A stretch of 64,000 bases of DNA from an uncultured Solirubrobacterales bacterium (lineage in GTDB: Bacteria; Actinomycetota; Thermoleophilia; Solirubrobacterales; 70-9), in the NCBI GenBank assembly GCA_963797835.1, contig CAWCRN010000026.1, positions 208,310-272,309 on the forward strand, given 5' to 3'. Below the pieces are notes generated by a model that was given only the letters and a program-made list of their open reading frames with translations, made no database searches and was not told the DNA's origin. This document shows, piece after piece, positions 9,873 through 18,861 of the stretch; position 1 is the first letter of the stretch, and each line of letters begins with the position of its first letter. The position numbers were made by a program, and so were the translations under genes.

Positions 9873-9911
9873 CGTGAAGATCCGGGTACGCACCTGTGAA
9901 ACTTCTGTGAA
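9873..9911 (-). promoter_or_regulatory. PhoP-box-like array (4 hexamers phased at 11 nt)
   Basis: Minus strand: TTCACA-N5-TTCACA-N5-GTACCC-N5-TTCACG. It lies 62-100 nt upstream of the response-regulator gene. Confidence 0.45.
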
Positions 9912-9972
9912 CAGGCACGAACCACGCGTCCAGGGTCACTACGATGCGGGTGCTCCGCGCCTGGGGGCAGGC

Positions 9973-10785
9973 ATGAACGCACAGCCCGGAACAGTTCGCC
10001 TTGCCGTGATCGACACCGATTCCGGCTTCCTCCGCGTCCTGACGCGGCGCTTCGAGGCCGCGGGCTGGGAGTACCGCGTGCTCGCCGGGGCCGCGCCCGC
10101 CGACGAGCTCGTGGCGATGAAGCTGAACGCCCTCGTCGTCGACCTGTCCGTTCTTGGCCCGGACGGATGGGGCTTCCTCGAGCAGGTCTCCGGGATGCTG
10201 CCCGGCCTGGGGATCGTCGTCTGCACCCAGGACTCGACGGTGGCGCAGCGCGTTCGCGGCCTGCGGCTCGGCGCCGATGACTGGGTCTCGAAGCCGGCGC
10301 ATCCGGAGGAGGTTGCCGCGCGCGTCGAGGCCGTGGTTCGCCGCCGCAAGCGCAGCCAGCCCCAGGCAGACGCCGGCCCGCTGGTCGCCGGCGAGCTCGA
10401 GATCCGACCAGACCAGTTTCAGGCGTTCGTCTCGGGGCGCAGCCTGGGCCTCACCCGCCGCGAGTTCGAGCTGCTCCAGGTGCTCGCCGACGGCCAGGGG
10501 CGGGTTATCGAGCGCGAGGACCTCTACCAGCGCGTGTGGGGATATGCGATGGCCCACGGCGACCGCTCGGTCGACGTGTTCGTGCGGAAGCTCCGCGCCA
10601 AGCTCCAGAAGGACTCGCCGTCGTGGACCTATATCCACACCCACTTCGGGGTCGGCTATCGCTTCGAGCCCGAGGCGACATCCGGGGAGGCCGAGCTCGT
10701 GCCCGCGTCGGGAGCGGAGGCGGAGGACGAGCCGGCGACGGAGCAGGCCGAACAGTCCGGCGAGGCTGCGGCCACCGGGGTCTGA
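9973..10785 (+). CDS. OmpR/PhoB-family response regulator (orphan, PhoP-like by context)
   Basis: Receiver domain (VIDTDSG, phospho-Asp context LVVDLS, conserved T and SKP). Winged-helix trans_reg_C (VDVFVRKLRAKL...HTHFGVGYRF). No adjacent kinase. Confidence 0.85.
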   Translation: MNAQPGTVRLAVIDTDSGFLRVLTRRFEAAGWEYRVLAGAAPADELVAMKLNALVVDLSVLGPDGWGFLEQVSGMLPGLGIVVCTQDSTVAQRVRGLRLGADDWVSKPAHPEEVAARVEAVVRRRKRSQPQADAGPLVAGELEIRPDQFQAFVSGRSLGLTRREFELLQVLADGQGRVIEREDLYQRVWGYAMAHGDRSVDVFVRKLRAKLQKDSPSWTYIHTHFGVGYRFEPEATSGEAELVPASGAEAEDEPATEQAEQSGEAAATGV

Positions 10786-10816
10786 GCTACCCCGTACGGG
10801 TCGGTTTGCCTCCCCG

Positions 10817-10833
10817 TTCACATCCTTTTCACA
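10817..10833 (+). promoter_or_regulatory. PhoP-box-like direct repeat TTCACA-N5-TTCACA
   Basis: Exact repeat 118 nt upstream of the pstS start. A third TTCACA lies at 10933-10938. Confidence 0.5.
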
Positions 10834-10950
10834 ATTTCGCCACTAGGGCGTAACAGGTCAACCCGCCCTCGCCGCGAGGCTTCCGCGGCCATACGAACGT
10901 CTTGATCGAGGGGCAGCGCTCTCTGCTGCCCGTTCACAGAGGGAGAAATA

Positions 10951-11940
10951 GTGAGAAACAGGAACCTTTTGGTCGCTCTTGGAGCTTCCGTCGTGCTCTC
11001 GCTCGGCGTCGCCGCGTGCGGTGACGACGACGACGAGACCACCGCGGATGGCGGTACCGACGCGGGCTCCGTGCCCGCCGGAGACATCGCGATGGACGGC
11101 TCGAGCACCGTGCAGCCGTTCGCCGAGGCAGCGGCGGAGCTCTTCAACGGGGAGAACCCCGACGTGAACATCAGTGTGGCCGCGGCCGGGACCGGCGGCG
11201 GCTTCGAGAAGTTCTGCGCCGGCGAGACCGACATCTCCAACGCATCGCGTCCGATCGACCCGAAGGAGGAGGTCCCCCTCTGCGAGAAGGACGGGATCAC
11301 CTACACCGAGATCCAGGTCGCGAACGACGGCATCGCCGTGGTCACGAACCCGGCGGTGGAGATCTCCTGTCTCACGACCGACCAGCTCGCCGAGCTGTGG
11401 ACCGACGACAAGGTCACCAACCTCGCCGACCTGGGTGACGACGCCGACACCGGCGAGCCGCTCCCCGACGTCGAGGTCAGCCTCTACGGGCCGGGCACCG
11501 ACTCCGGGACGTTCGACTACTTCACCGACGTGATCAACGGTGAGGAGGGCGTCAGCCGCGAGGACTACCAGCCGTCCGAGGACGACAACCAGCTCGTCCA
11601 GGGCGTCGCCGGCGACGATGCGGCGTTGGGCTACTTCGGCTTCTCGTACTACGAGCAGAACGCCGACCAGCTCAACCTCGTCTCGGTCGACGGCGGCGAC
11701 GGCTGCGTCGAGCCCTCGAGCGAGACGATCCAGTCCGGCGAGTACACGCCGCTGTCGCGGCCACTGTTCATGTACCCGAACAACGAGAAGCTGACGGACG
11801 ACAGCCTTCCCGTCGCCGGGTTCATGGAGTACGTGGTCGGCAACGCCGACTCGATCGCCGAGGCGGCCCTGATCGTCCCGATGGACGACACCCAGGCATC
11901 GGACGCCCAGGCGGCCCTCGACGAGGGGCTCGGCTCGTAG
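10951..11940 (+). CDS. pstS: phosphate ABC transporter substrate-binding lipoprotein
   Basis: Lipobox [14 protein letters not shown] motif. PBP2 PstS-like. First gene of the pstSCAB order. Confidence 0.9.
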   Translation: MRNRNLLVALGASVVLSLGVAACGDDDDETTADGGTDAGSVPAGDIAMDGSSTVQPFAEAAAELFNGENPDVNISVAAAGTGGGFEKFCAGETDISNASRPIDPKEEVPLCEKDGITYTEIQVANDGIAVVTNPAVEISCLTTDQLAELWTDDKVTNLADLGDDADTGEPLPDVEVSLYGPGTDSGTFDYFTDVINGEEGVSREDYQPSEDDNQLVQGVAGDDAALGYFGFSYYEQNADQLNLVSVDGGDGCVEPSSETIQSGEYTPLSRPLFMYPNNEKLTDDSLPVAGFMEYVVGNADSIAEAALIVPMDDTQASDAQAALDEGLGS

Positions 11941-11979
11941 GCCAGACCAGAGCCGGCTTCAAAGCCAAGCAAAGTAGCG

Positions 11980-12922
11980 GTGGAAGCCGGCACACACGTG
12001 ACAGGCGCGACGCCGGGAGGGCTTGGCCCTCTCGGCGTCAAGCGCCGCCGCTGGGGCGAGGAGGTCATCCGTGCCCTCCTGTTCCTCGCGGCCGCGATCT
12101 CGGTCCTGACCACCGTCGGGATCCTGGTCGCCCTCCTGGCGGAGTCGATCCCGTTCTTCCAGGAGGTGGGGACCAGGTTCTTCACCGACGACAACTGGAC
12201 CCCTCTGTTCGCCGACCCGCAGTTCGGGATCTGGCCGCTCCTGAACGGCACCTTCCTGATCACTGGAATCGCGATCCTGGTCGCGGTGCCGCTCGGCTTG
12301 GGCGCGGCGATCTACCTGTCCGAGTACGCCTCGCCGCGACGTGCGCAAGACCGTGAAGCCCATCCTCGAGGTGCTCGTGGGCGTGCCGACGGTGGTCTTC
12401 GGCTACTTCGCGCTCGCCTTCGTCACGCCCGAGATCCTCCAGGCGGTCGGGATCGACGTCCAGATCTACAACGCGCTGTCGGCCGGCCTCGTGATGGGGA
12501 TCATGATCGTCCCCACCATCGCCTCGATCTCCGAGGACGCGATGCGCGCGGTGCCCCAGGGTCTGCGGGAGGGCGCCTACGGGATGGGCGCGACCAAGCG
12601 ACAGGTCGCGACGCGCGTGGTCTTCCCGGCGGCGATCTCCGGGATCGTGGCCTCGATCGTGCTCGGCGTCTCTCGCGGCGTCGGCGAGACGATGATCGTG
12701 CTGCTGGCCGCGGGCCTTCAGCCCAACACCGGGATCAACCCGCTCGAGGGGTACGCGACGATCACCACCTTCATGGGGGCGGCCGCCGACGGCGACAACC
12801 CCGCGGGCTCGATCGGCTACGAGTCGATCTTCGCCTGCGGCCTGATCCTGTTCGCGCTGACGCTGGTCATGAACATGATCGCGATCCGCTTCGTTCGCAG
12901 GTACCGGGAGGTGTACGAGTGA
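11980..12922 (+). pseudogene. pstC: phosphate ABC transporter permease PstC, one net +1 frame break (or sequencing error)
   Basis: Frame 1 reads ...AIYLSEYASPR up to about 12339. The conserved continuation VRKTVKPILEVLVGVPTVVFG...EAA loop runs in frame 2 from 12341 to 12922. Confidence 0.85.
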
Positions 12923-13842
12923 CCCCTCCGCCTCCTCCACCGTCGGCCGACGCCGCCACGGTCCGGATGCCGGGGACGCAGTTCGTCCGCGAACGCTCGA
13001 CCCGCCTCAAGGAGCTGGGGTTCGCGGTCCTCCTGTTGACGGCGCTCGGCATCGCGCTGCTAGTGCTGGTCGTGCTCCTGGTGGACGTTGCGATCGAGGG
13101 CGCCGGCAGCCTCAGCGGCGAGTTCCTCACCGGGACCCCGTCGCGGGTGGACCCGGCGAGCTCCGGCATCGCGCCCGCGATCATGGGGACGCTATGGCTG
13201 ATGCTCGTCTGCGCCGCGTTCATCATCCCGGTGGGCGTCGCCAGCTCCGTCTATCTGGAGGAGTACGCCGACCGCGAGAACCGCTTCGCACGTTTCGTCG
13301 AGGTCAACATCCAGAACCTCGCGGCGGTGCCGTCGATCGTCTACGGCGTGCTCGGCCTCGCCTTCCTGGTCCGCGGCCCGCTCAGCCTCGGAAACGTGGT
13401 CCTGGCCGGCGGGCTGACGCTCGGCCTGCTGGTGCTGCCGGTGGTGATCGTCGCCGGGCGCGAGGCGATCCGCGCCGTCCCGCCCTCGATCCGTGAGGGT
13501 TCGATGGCGCTTGGGGCGACCCAGTGGCAGACGATCTGGAAGCAGGTGCTGCCGGCGGCGATCCCCGGGATCGCGACCGGGACGATCCTCGCGCTGTCTC
13601 GTGCGATCGGGGAGACGGCACCCCTCATCGTGGTCGGAGCGATCGCGTTCGCGACCACCGCCGACACCGGCCTACTCCAGGAGTTCTCGGCGCTGCCGAT
13701 CCAGATCTTCGGTTGGACCGCCGATCCCCAGGAGGAGTTCAAGTCGCTCGCTGCCGCAGCGATCATCGTCTTGATGGCGATCCTGCTGAGCATGAACGCG
13801 ATCGCGATCTGGCTACGAAATCGCTACGAACAGAAGTGGTAG
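12919..13842 (+). CDS. pstA: phosphate ABC transporter permease PstA
   Basis: The GTG at 12919 overlaps the pstC stop (GTGA). Conserved SIREGSMALGATQWQT loop. It is the second half of the 620-aa read-through ORF. Confidence 0.9.
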   Translation: MTPPPPPPSADAATVRMPGTQFVRERSTRLKELGFAVLLLTALGIALLVLVVLLVDVAIEGAGSLSGEFLTGTPSRVDPASSGIAPAIMGTLWLMLVCAAFIIPVGVASSVYLEEYADRENRFARFVEVNIQNLAAVPSIVYGVLGLAFLVRGPLSLGNVVLAGGLTLGLLVLPVVIVAGREAIRAVPPSIREGSMALGATQWQTIWKQVLPAAIPGIATGTILALSRAIGETAPLIVVGAIAFATTADTGLLQEFSALPIQIFGWTADPQEEFKSLAAAAIIVLMAILLSMNAIAIWLRNRYEQKW

Positions 13843-14752
13843 GTGAGTAATGTGGAACGCACCGTGACCGACCCCGAGCAGACGAAGCCCGAGTCCGAAC
13901 GCGAGACGCACGGGTTCGACCTGAGCGAGACCGTGGCCGAGACCCACCCAAGGGGGGCCGAGGGGTTGTCGAGGGAGCCGATCTTCGAGCTGAAGGACGT
14001 CAGCGTCCGCTACGACGGCAACCTCGCCGTCGACGACGTCAGCGCCGACTTCTACCGCAACCAGATCACGGCCCTGATCGGGCCGTCCGGCTGCGGCAAG
14101 TCGACCCTGATCCGCTGCCTCAACCGCATGAACGACCTGATCCCGGCCGCGAGCGTCGACGGCGAGATCATCTACCACGGCCAGAACCTCTACGACGGAC
14201 AACGTCGACCCGGTCGAGGTGCGCAAGCGGATCGGCATGGTCTTCCAGAAGCCGAACCCGTTCCCGAAGTCGATCTACGACAACATCGCCTTCGGTCCCC
14301 GCATCCTCGGGATGGAGGGCGACATGGACGAGATCGTCGAGCGGGCACTGCGCGGCGCGGCCCTCTGGGACGAGGTGAAGGACCGGCTCGAGGACAATGC
14401 CTTCGGGATGTCGGGCGGCCAGCAGCAGCGCCTCTGCATCGCGCGCTGCATGGCGGTCAACCCCGACGTGATCCTGATGGACGAGCCATGCTCGGCCCTC
14501 GACCCGATCTCAACCGGGAAGATCGAGGACCTGATGATGGAGCTCAAGGAGCGCTTCTCGATCGTCATCGTCACGCACAACATGCAGCAGGCGGCGCGCG
14601 TCTCGGACATGACCGCGTTCCTGATCGTCGAGCTGGACTCGACCGAGAAGAACCGCTGGGGCCGGATCATCGAGTACGACGTGACCGAGAAGATCTTCAC
14701 GAACCCCTCCGACAAGCGCACCGAGGACTACGTGTCCGGGAAGGTGGGCTGA
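13843..14752 (+). pseudogene. pstB: phosphate ABC transporter ATPase PstB, one net +1 frame break (or sequencing error)
   Basis: Walker A GPSGCGKST in frame 1 up to ...YHGQNLYDG (about 14197). [22 protein letters not shown]...LSGGQQQRL...ILMDEP continues in frame 2. Confidence 0.85.
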
Positions 14753-15459
14753 TGCCGACCGAGACTCGCATCGCCTATCAGGAAGAGCTCCAGAAGCTGG
14801 AGGCGCACGCGCTCGAGGGCCTCGACATCGTGGTCGCCTCGATCGACCGCACGAACGAGGCCGTCCAGCACCAGGATGTCGAGCTCGCGGAGCTCGTGAT
14901 CGCGTCCGACGACGTGATCGACGGCCGCTACCTCGAGGTCCACCAGTCGATTCTCACCCTGCTCGCCACCCAGGCGCCCGTGGCATCCGATCTGCGGCTG
15001 ATCGCGGCCCTCCTGCACGTGATGAAGTGCATGGAGCGCATAGGCGACCAATGCGTGAACATCGCCAAGCTGATCCCGATCGCCGGCCACGAGCCGCCAG
15101 CCGACGAGCAGATGCTGAGCGACATCCTGACGATGGGCACGGCCGTGCGCGAGCAGGTCCGCCAGTCGAAGCGGGCGTTCGAGAACCGCGACGTCGAACT
15201 CGCCCGCGACCTCGTCCGCCAGGACGACGTGGTCGACAACCTCAACCGCGAATGCTTCCGGCGCGCGATTCAGATCGGCGACTCCGAGGACCGCCGCGAG
15301 TGGGCGATGACGATGATGCTGATCGCCCGCGCGATCGAGCGCATCGGCGACAACTCGGTGGACGTCGGCGAGCAGGTCGCGTTCCTTGTCACCGGCCTCT
15401 TCCGGGAGTTCGAGGACGCCTCGCACCCCAGCGAGGGCCTCGGCCAGATCCCGGCGTAG
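14752..15459 (+). CDS. phoU: phosphate signalling complex protein PhoU
   Basis: The ATG overlaps the pstB stop. Two PhoU repeats (DDVIDGRYLEVHQ..., DDVVDNLNRECFR...). Confidence 0.9.
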   Translation: MPTETRIAYQEELQKLEAHALEGLDIVVASIDRTNEAVQHQDVELAELVIASDDVIDGRYLEVHQSILTLLATQAPVASDLRLIAALLHVMKCMERIGDQCVNIAKLIPIAGHEPPADEQMLSDILTMGTAVREQVRQSKRAFENRDVELARDLVRQDDVVDNLNRECFRRAIQIGDSEDRREWAMTMMLIARAIERIGDNSVDVGEQVAFLVTGLFREFEDASHPSEGLGQIPA

Positions 15460-15468
15460 GCCCGAGCG

Positions 15469-16368
15469 CTACGAGCCGGGCGCGACCGCCCGCCGCAGCG
15501 AGGCCAGCGCCTCGGCGGCGCGGGGCCGGAACGGCGGGTGGATCTCGAGCACCAGCGGGGCGCGGTGGGCAGCCAGGCGGGACGCCAGGCGCTCCCAGGG
15601 CAGGGTGCCGCGGCCGGGGGGCAGGTGGAGGTCCAGCTTCAACGGGTCGACGCCCAGCGCGGTGGGCCCGCCGGCCCGCCGGGCGCCCAGGTTGTCGTGG
15701 AGGTGGAACATGCAGGTGACGTCGAGGACCGGCTCGACCAGCCGCTCGATCGAGGTCCGCCTCTGGTCCGCCGTGACGTGGGCGTGCCCGAGGTCGAGGC
15801 ACAGGCCCACCCGGTCGGAACCGATCCGGTTGGCCAGCCCGCGCAGGCTCATCGGGTTCGCGGAGAGCATCTCGGGGCCCGGGTAGACGGGCGCGAGGTT
15901 CTCGATCGCGATCGTGACTCCCAGGCGCTCGGCGCGGCCGGCGAGCGCCGTCAGGGAGCGCGACTCGCACCGCAGCCGATCCTCGCCAGCCGGAGCGTCG
16001 GGCAGCGCCAGGGCGTGGTAGACGACGAACTCGGCTCCGATCTCGGCGGCGTAGCCGAGCAGCCCCTCGAAGGCCCGATCACCGTCGCGGCTGCCGGCGC
16101 GCAGGCCCTGGGGGGAGTGGACGACGCATCCGAGCCCCGTCGTCGCGAGCGCCTCGCCGAGTGCCCCGCCGTGGCGTGTGCACGCGCGCGGGTCTGCCAG
16201 CACCGAGGCGGGCGGTGCGTGAACCTGGGTCCAGGCGAACCCTGCCGCCTCCAGGCTCTTGAGAAGCGGCGCCGACGCCCACCAGTCCTGGGGAACGGTG
16301 AGCCCGGCGCGCCCGGCGAGGGCGTCGCGGCGCTGAGAGCGATCCTGGGTCGCCTCTGCGACGGGCAT
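15469..16368 (-). CDS. sugar phosphate isomerase/epimerase (xylose-isomerase-like TIM barrel)
   Basis: 299 aa. VTIAIENL, LCLDLGHAH and HLHDN metal-site motifs typical of the AP_endonuc_2 fold. Confidence 0.8.
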   Translation of the reverse strand: MPVAEATQDRSQRRDALAGRAGLTVPQDWWASAPLLKSLEAAGFAWTQVHAPPASVLADPRACTRHGGALGEALATTGLGCVVHSPQGLRAGSRDGDRAFEGLLGYAAEIGAEFVVYHALALPDAPAGEDRLRCESRSLTALAGRAERLGVTIAIENLAPVYPGPEMLSANPMSLRGLANRIGSDRVGLCLDLGHAHVTADQRRTSIERLVEPVLDVTCMFHLHDNLGARRAGGPTALGVDPLKLDLHLPPGRGTLPWERLASRLAAHRAPLVLEIHPPFRPRAAEALASLRRAVAPGS

Positions 16369-16402
16369 GCACGGCGAAGGTAGGCCCGCCCCGAGGCGAT
16401 CC

Positions 16403-16441
16403 GGTGAAGTCCCCGTAAAGTCCGTGTAAACGCGGTGTTAC
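16403..16441 (-). promoter_or_regulatory. PhoP-box-like array (4 hexamers phased at 11 nt)
   Basis: Minus strand: GTAACA-N5-TTTACA-N5-TTTACG-N5-TTCACC. It lies 35-73 nt upstream of the isomerase start and 63-101 nt upstream of ppx. Confidence 0.45.
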
Positions 16442-16503
16442 CGGGCTTCCTGCGCCATTGAGCGCATCCGCCTGTTCTGCCAAGATCGAACCCTGGGTCT
16501 TTC

Positions 16504-17409
16504 ATGCTCTGCGCCGCGATCGACATAGGCTCGAACACGACCCGGGTGCTCGTCGCCGAGCCCGAGGACGGGCAGCTCCGAACGGTGATGGAGCAGCGCG
16601 CCTACACGCGGATAGGCAAGGACTCGAAGCAGGACGGGGCGATCTCGGCGCCAAAGGTGGCCGAGGTGGCGGAGGTCGTGTCGACGCAGGTCCGCCTCGC
16701 CGAGGAGCTGGGCGCGAAGGCGATCCGAACCGTGGCCACCGCGGCCATCCGCGAGGCGACCAACACGGACGAGGTGGCCACGGAGATCGGCCGCGTGGCC
16801 GGGGTCGACGTCGAGGTGCTGAGCGAGGAGGAGGAGGGCCGGCTCGCCTTCATCGGCGCGACGAAGACGCTGGGGCATCCGGTCGAGGGGGAGGTCGCGG
16901 TCGTCGACGTCGGCGGGGGCTCCTCGGAGATCGTGTTCGGCACGGTCGCGGGAGGGGTCAGCCTGGTCCGGTCGTTCAAGATCGGATCCGGCCAGCTCAC
17001 CGAGGACCACGTGACCCAGGATCCCCCCTCCGCCTCGGAGATCCGGGCGCTGCGCGACGCGATCGCCGACGCTTTCGCGGAGGTCGAGGTCGAGCGGCCC
17101 GAGCAGGCGGTGGCCGTCGGCGGCAGCGCCACCTCGCTGCGCAAGCTGGTGGGGGCGGTGCTCGAGTACGAGACCTTGGAGCGGGGGGTCCGGGTGCTGA
17201 GCGGCGACCCGATCGCCGACGTCGCGCGCCGCTTCGAGCTGGACCCGCGCCGGGTGCAGATGCTCCCGGCCGGCGTGCTGCTGCTTGAGAAGCTCTCCGA
17301 GCTGTTGGGCCAGCCGCTCCAGATCGGCAAGGGCGGGTTGCGCGAGGGCGTGATCCTCACGCTGCTCAACGGCGCCGCCAACGGCGCTCACACGGCCATA
17401 GCGGCGTAG
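16504..17409 (+). CDS. ppx: Ppx/GppA-family exopolyphosphatase (short form)
   Basis: 301 aa. N-terminal AAIDIGSNTTRVLV ASKHA-fold motif. Confidence 0.85.
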   Translation: MLCAAIDIGSNTTRVLVAEPEDGQLRTVMEQRAYTRIGKDSKQDGAISAPKVAEVAEVVSTQVRLAEELGAKAIRTVATAAIREATNTDEVATEIGRVAGVDVEVLSEEEEGRLAFIGATKTLGHPVEGEVAVVDVGGGSSEIVFGTVAGGVSLVRSFKIGSGQLTEDHVTQDPPSASEIRALRDAIADAFAEVEVERPEQAVAVGGSATSLRKLVGAVLEYETLERGVRVLSGDPIADVARRFELDPRRVQMLPAGVLLLEKLSELLGQPLQIGKGGLREGVILTLLNGAANGAHTAIAA

Positions 17410-17595
17410 CGCCCACGGGGCCGCACCGAGGGAGAGCGAGCCGGGCGTTTGCGGATTGAGTGAGCGATTGACCACCTATACGGTGGTGAACCCTGCACTC
17501 ATCGACGGAAGCCGTCGACGCTTCCCCTACCCAGCCCATGGCGGTCTGCGGACGAGCGTTCACGGTTGCGCCCTCGGTGGTTACCCTCACTCCTC

Positions 17596-18147
17596 ATGGC
17601 GAGGGCGAGACCTATTCCCGACCTTTCGGCTGAGGAGCCCATGTCACTGGGGGCGGCCCGGATCCTTGCGGTCCGCACCGAGGAGCTGCTCGAGCACTCG
17701 CGCGACGTGCTCGACCTGGGCGACATCGAGCGCTTGCACTCGATGCGGGTGGCGACCCGTCGGCTTCGGGCCGCGCTCGAGGTGTTCGAGGCGTGCTTCC
17801 CCCGTAAGACCCACCGGACGGTGCTCGGTGAGGTGAAGGAGCTGGCGGATGCCCTGGGGGAGCGGCGCGACCGCGATGTCGCGATCGGCTTCCTGAGCTC
17901 CTTCTCCGAGCAGCTCTCGGCGCCGGACCGGCGCGGCATCTCCAGCCTCGTGGTGACCCTGCAGCTCGAGCAGGCCGACGCCAACGAGGCGTTGCGCCCC
18001 TACGTCGCCCGCGAGCGGGTGGAGAGCCTGTGCGAGCGCCTGCGCGAGCTGGCGGAGGACGCCCGTGCGACCGAGGGGCCGACGGAGGCGAGCGTCGAGG
18101 ACCTGTTCGCCGACTCGGCCGGGAACGGGGCGGGGGCGATCGGATGA
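17596..18147 (+). CDS. CHAD-domain protein (first of a coupled pair)
   Basis: CHAD signature LHSMRVATRRLRAALEVFEACFP. The start is uncertain (ATG 17596 or ATG 17641). Confidence 0.7.
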   Translation: MARARPIPDLSAEEPMSLGAARILAVRTEELLEHSRDVLDLGDIERLHSMRVATRRLRAALEVFEACFPRKTHRTVLGEVKELADALGERRDRDVAIGFLSSFSEQLSAPDRRGISSLVVTLQLEQADANEALRPYVARERVESLCERLRELAEDARATEGPTEASVEDLFADSAGNGAGAIG

Positions 18148-18854
18148 AGGCCAAGCGGGTCAAGAAGCTCGATCCCGCAGCGCCGCTCGCCGAGAACGCT
18201 GCCCGCATCGTGCGCGTGCGGCTGGGCGAGCTGCGGGGGTTCGCGCCCGAGGCGCTCGAGCCACGGAGCTCCCGCGCTCAGCACGACATGAGGATCGCCG
18301 CCAAGCGCATCCGCTACGTGCTGGAGGCGACGGAGCTGTGCTTTGGCACCTCGGGGCCCACGGCGCGCCGCCGTGCCCGCGACCTGCAGGGCGTGCTGGG
18401 CGACCTGCACGACTGCGACGTGATGCTGCCGCGGGTCGAGCGCCACCTGGCCGAGCTGCGCGAGCTGGACGCCGATGCCGTTCGCGCCCACGCCGGCGAC
18501 GCTCCTGACCTCGACGCCGAACTGGCTGCACGCGCGCCGCATCGCACCGCCTACCGCGGCCTCGACGTCCTCAGCGTCTACCTCGGCGCGCGCCGGAAGC
18601 TGCTCTTCGACCGCTTCGCCGAGCTCTGGGTCGACCTCGACCGCAGAGGGGTCTGGGATGCCCTGGACCGCTCGGCAACGCGGGTGCTGCGCGAGGCCAA
18701 GGAGCGCCGGCGGGCCGCCGAGCGCGCCGCCGAGGCAGAGCGTGAGCTCGCCGAGGCCGAACGGGCCGAGCGCGAGGCGGCCGAGCGCGCCCGTCAGGCC
18801 GCGGCCGAGCTGGCCGAGGCCGAGCGGGCCCGGCGGGGCGGCGCGCTACCCTGA
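18144..18854 (+). CDS. CHAD-domain protein with charged coiled-coil tail (second of pair)
   Basis: The ATG at 18144 overlaps the upstream stop (ATGA). Signature QHDMRIAAKRIRYVLEATELCFG. C-terminal ERRRAAERAAEAERELAEAER repeat region. Confidence 0.7.
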   Translation: MKAKRVKKLDPAAPLAENAARIVRVRLGELRGFAPEALEPRSSRAQHDMRIAAKRIRYVLEATELCFGTSGPTARRRARDLQGVLGDLHDCDVMLPRVERHLAELRELDADAVRAHAGDAPDLDAELAARAPHRTAYRGLDVLSVYLGARRKLLFDRFAELWVDLDRRGVWDALDRSATRVLREAKERRRAAERAAEAERELAEAERAEREAAERARQAAAELAEAERARRGGALP

Positions 18855-18861
18855 TCCTCCT

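Noticed and set aside
11980-15459. Apparent giant fusion ORFs: 620 aa (PstC N-terminus + PstA) and 538 aa (PstB N-terminus + PhoU). The same pattern appears at 29877-32861, 26107-28440 and 42172-44346.
   Set aside because: The junction segments are non-coding-like read-through in the same frame as the next gene. Each downstream gene has its own start overlapping or adjacent to the true upstream stop. These are not real fusions.
17410-17595. Possible structured RNA or Pho array in the ppx-CHAD intergenic region: hairpins CCACC-tatac-GGTGG and GACGG-aag-CCGTC, and TTCACG-N16-TTACCC.
   Set aside because: The hairpins are short and generic. The hexamers are 22 nt apart with a non-matching unit between them. 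I recognise no riboswitch or sRNA family, so this is too weak to call.
18690-18850. Repetitive GCCGAG/GAGCGCGCC-rich DNA that looks like a tandem repeat.
   Set aside because: It is imperfect codon-level low complexity encoding the E/R/A coiled-coil tail of the second CHAD protein. There is no fixed period or spacer structure.
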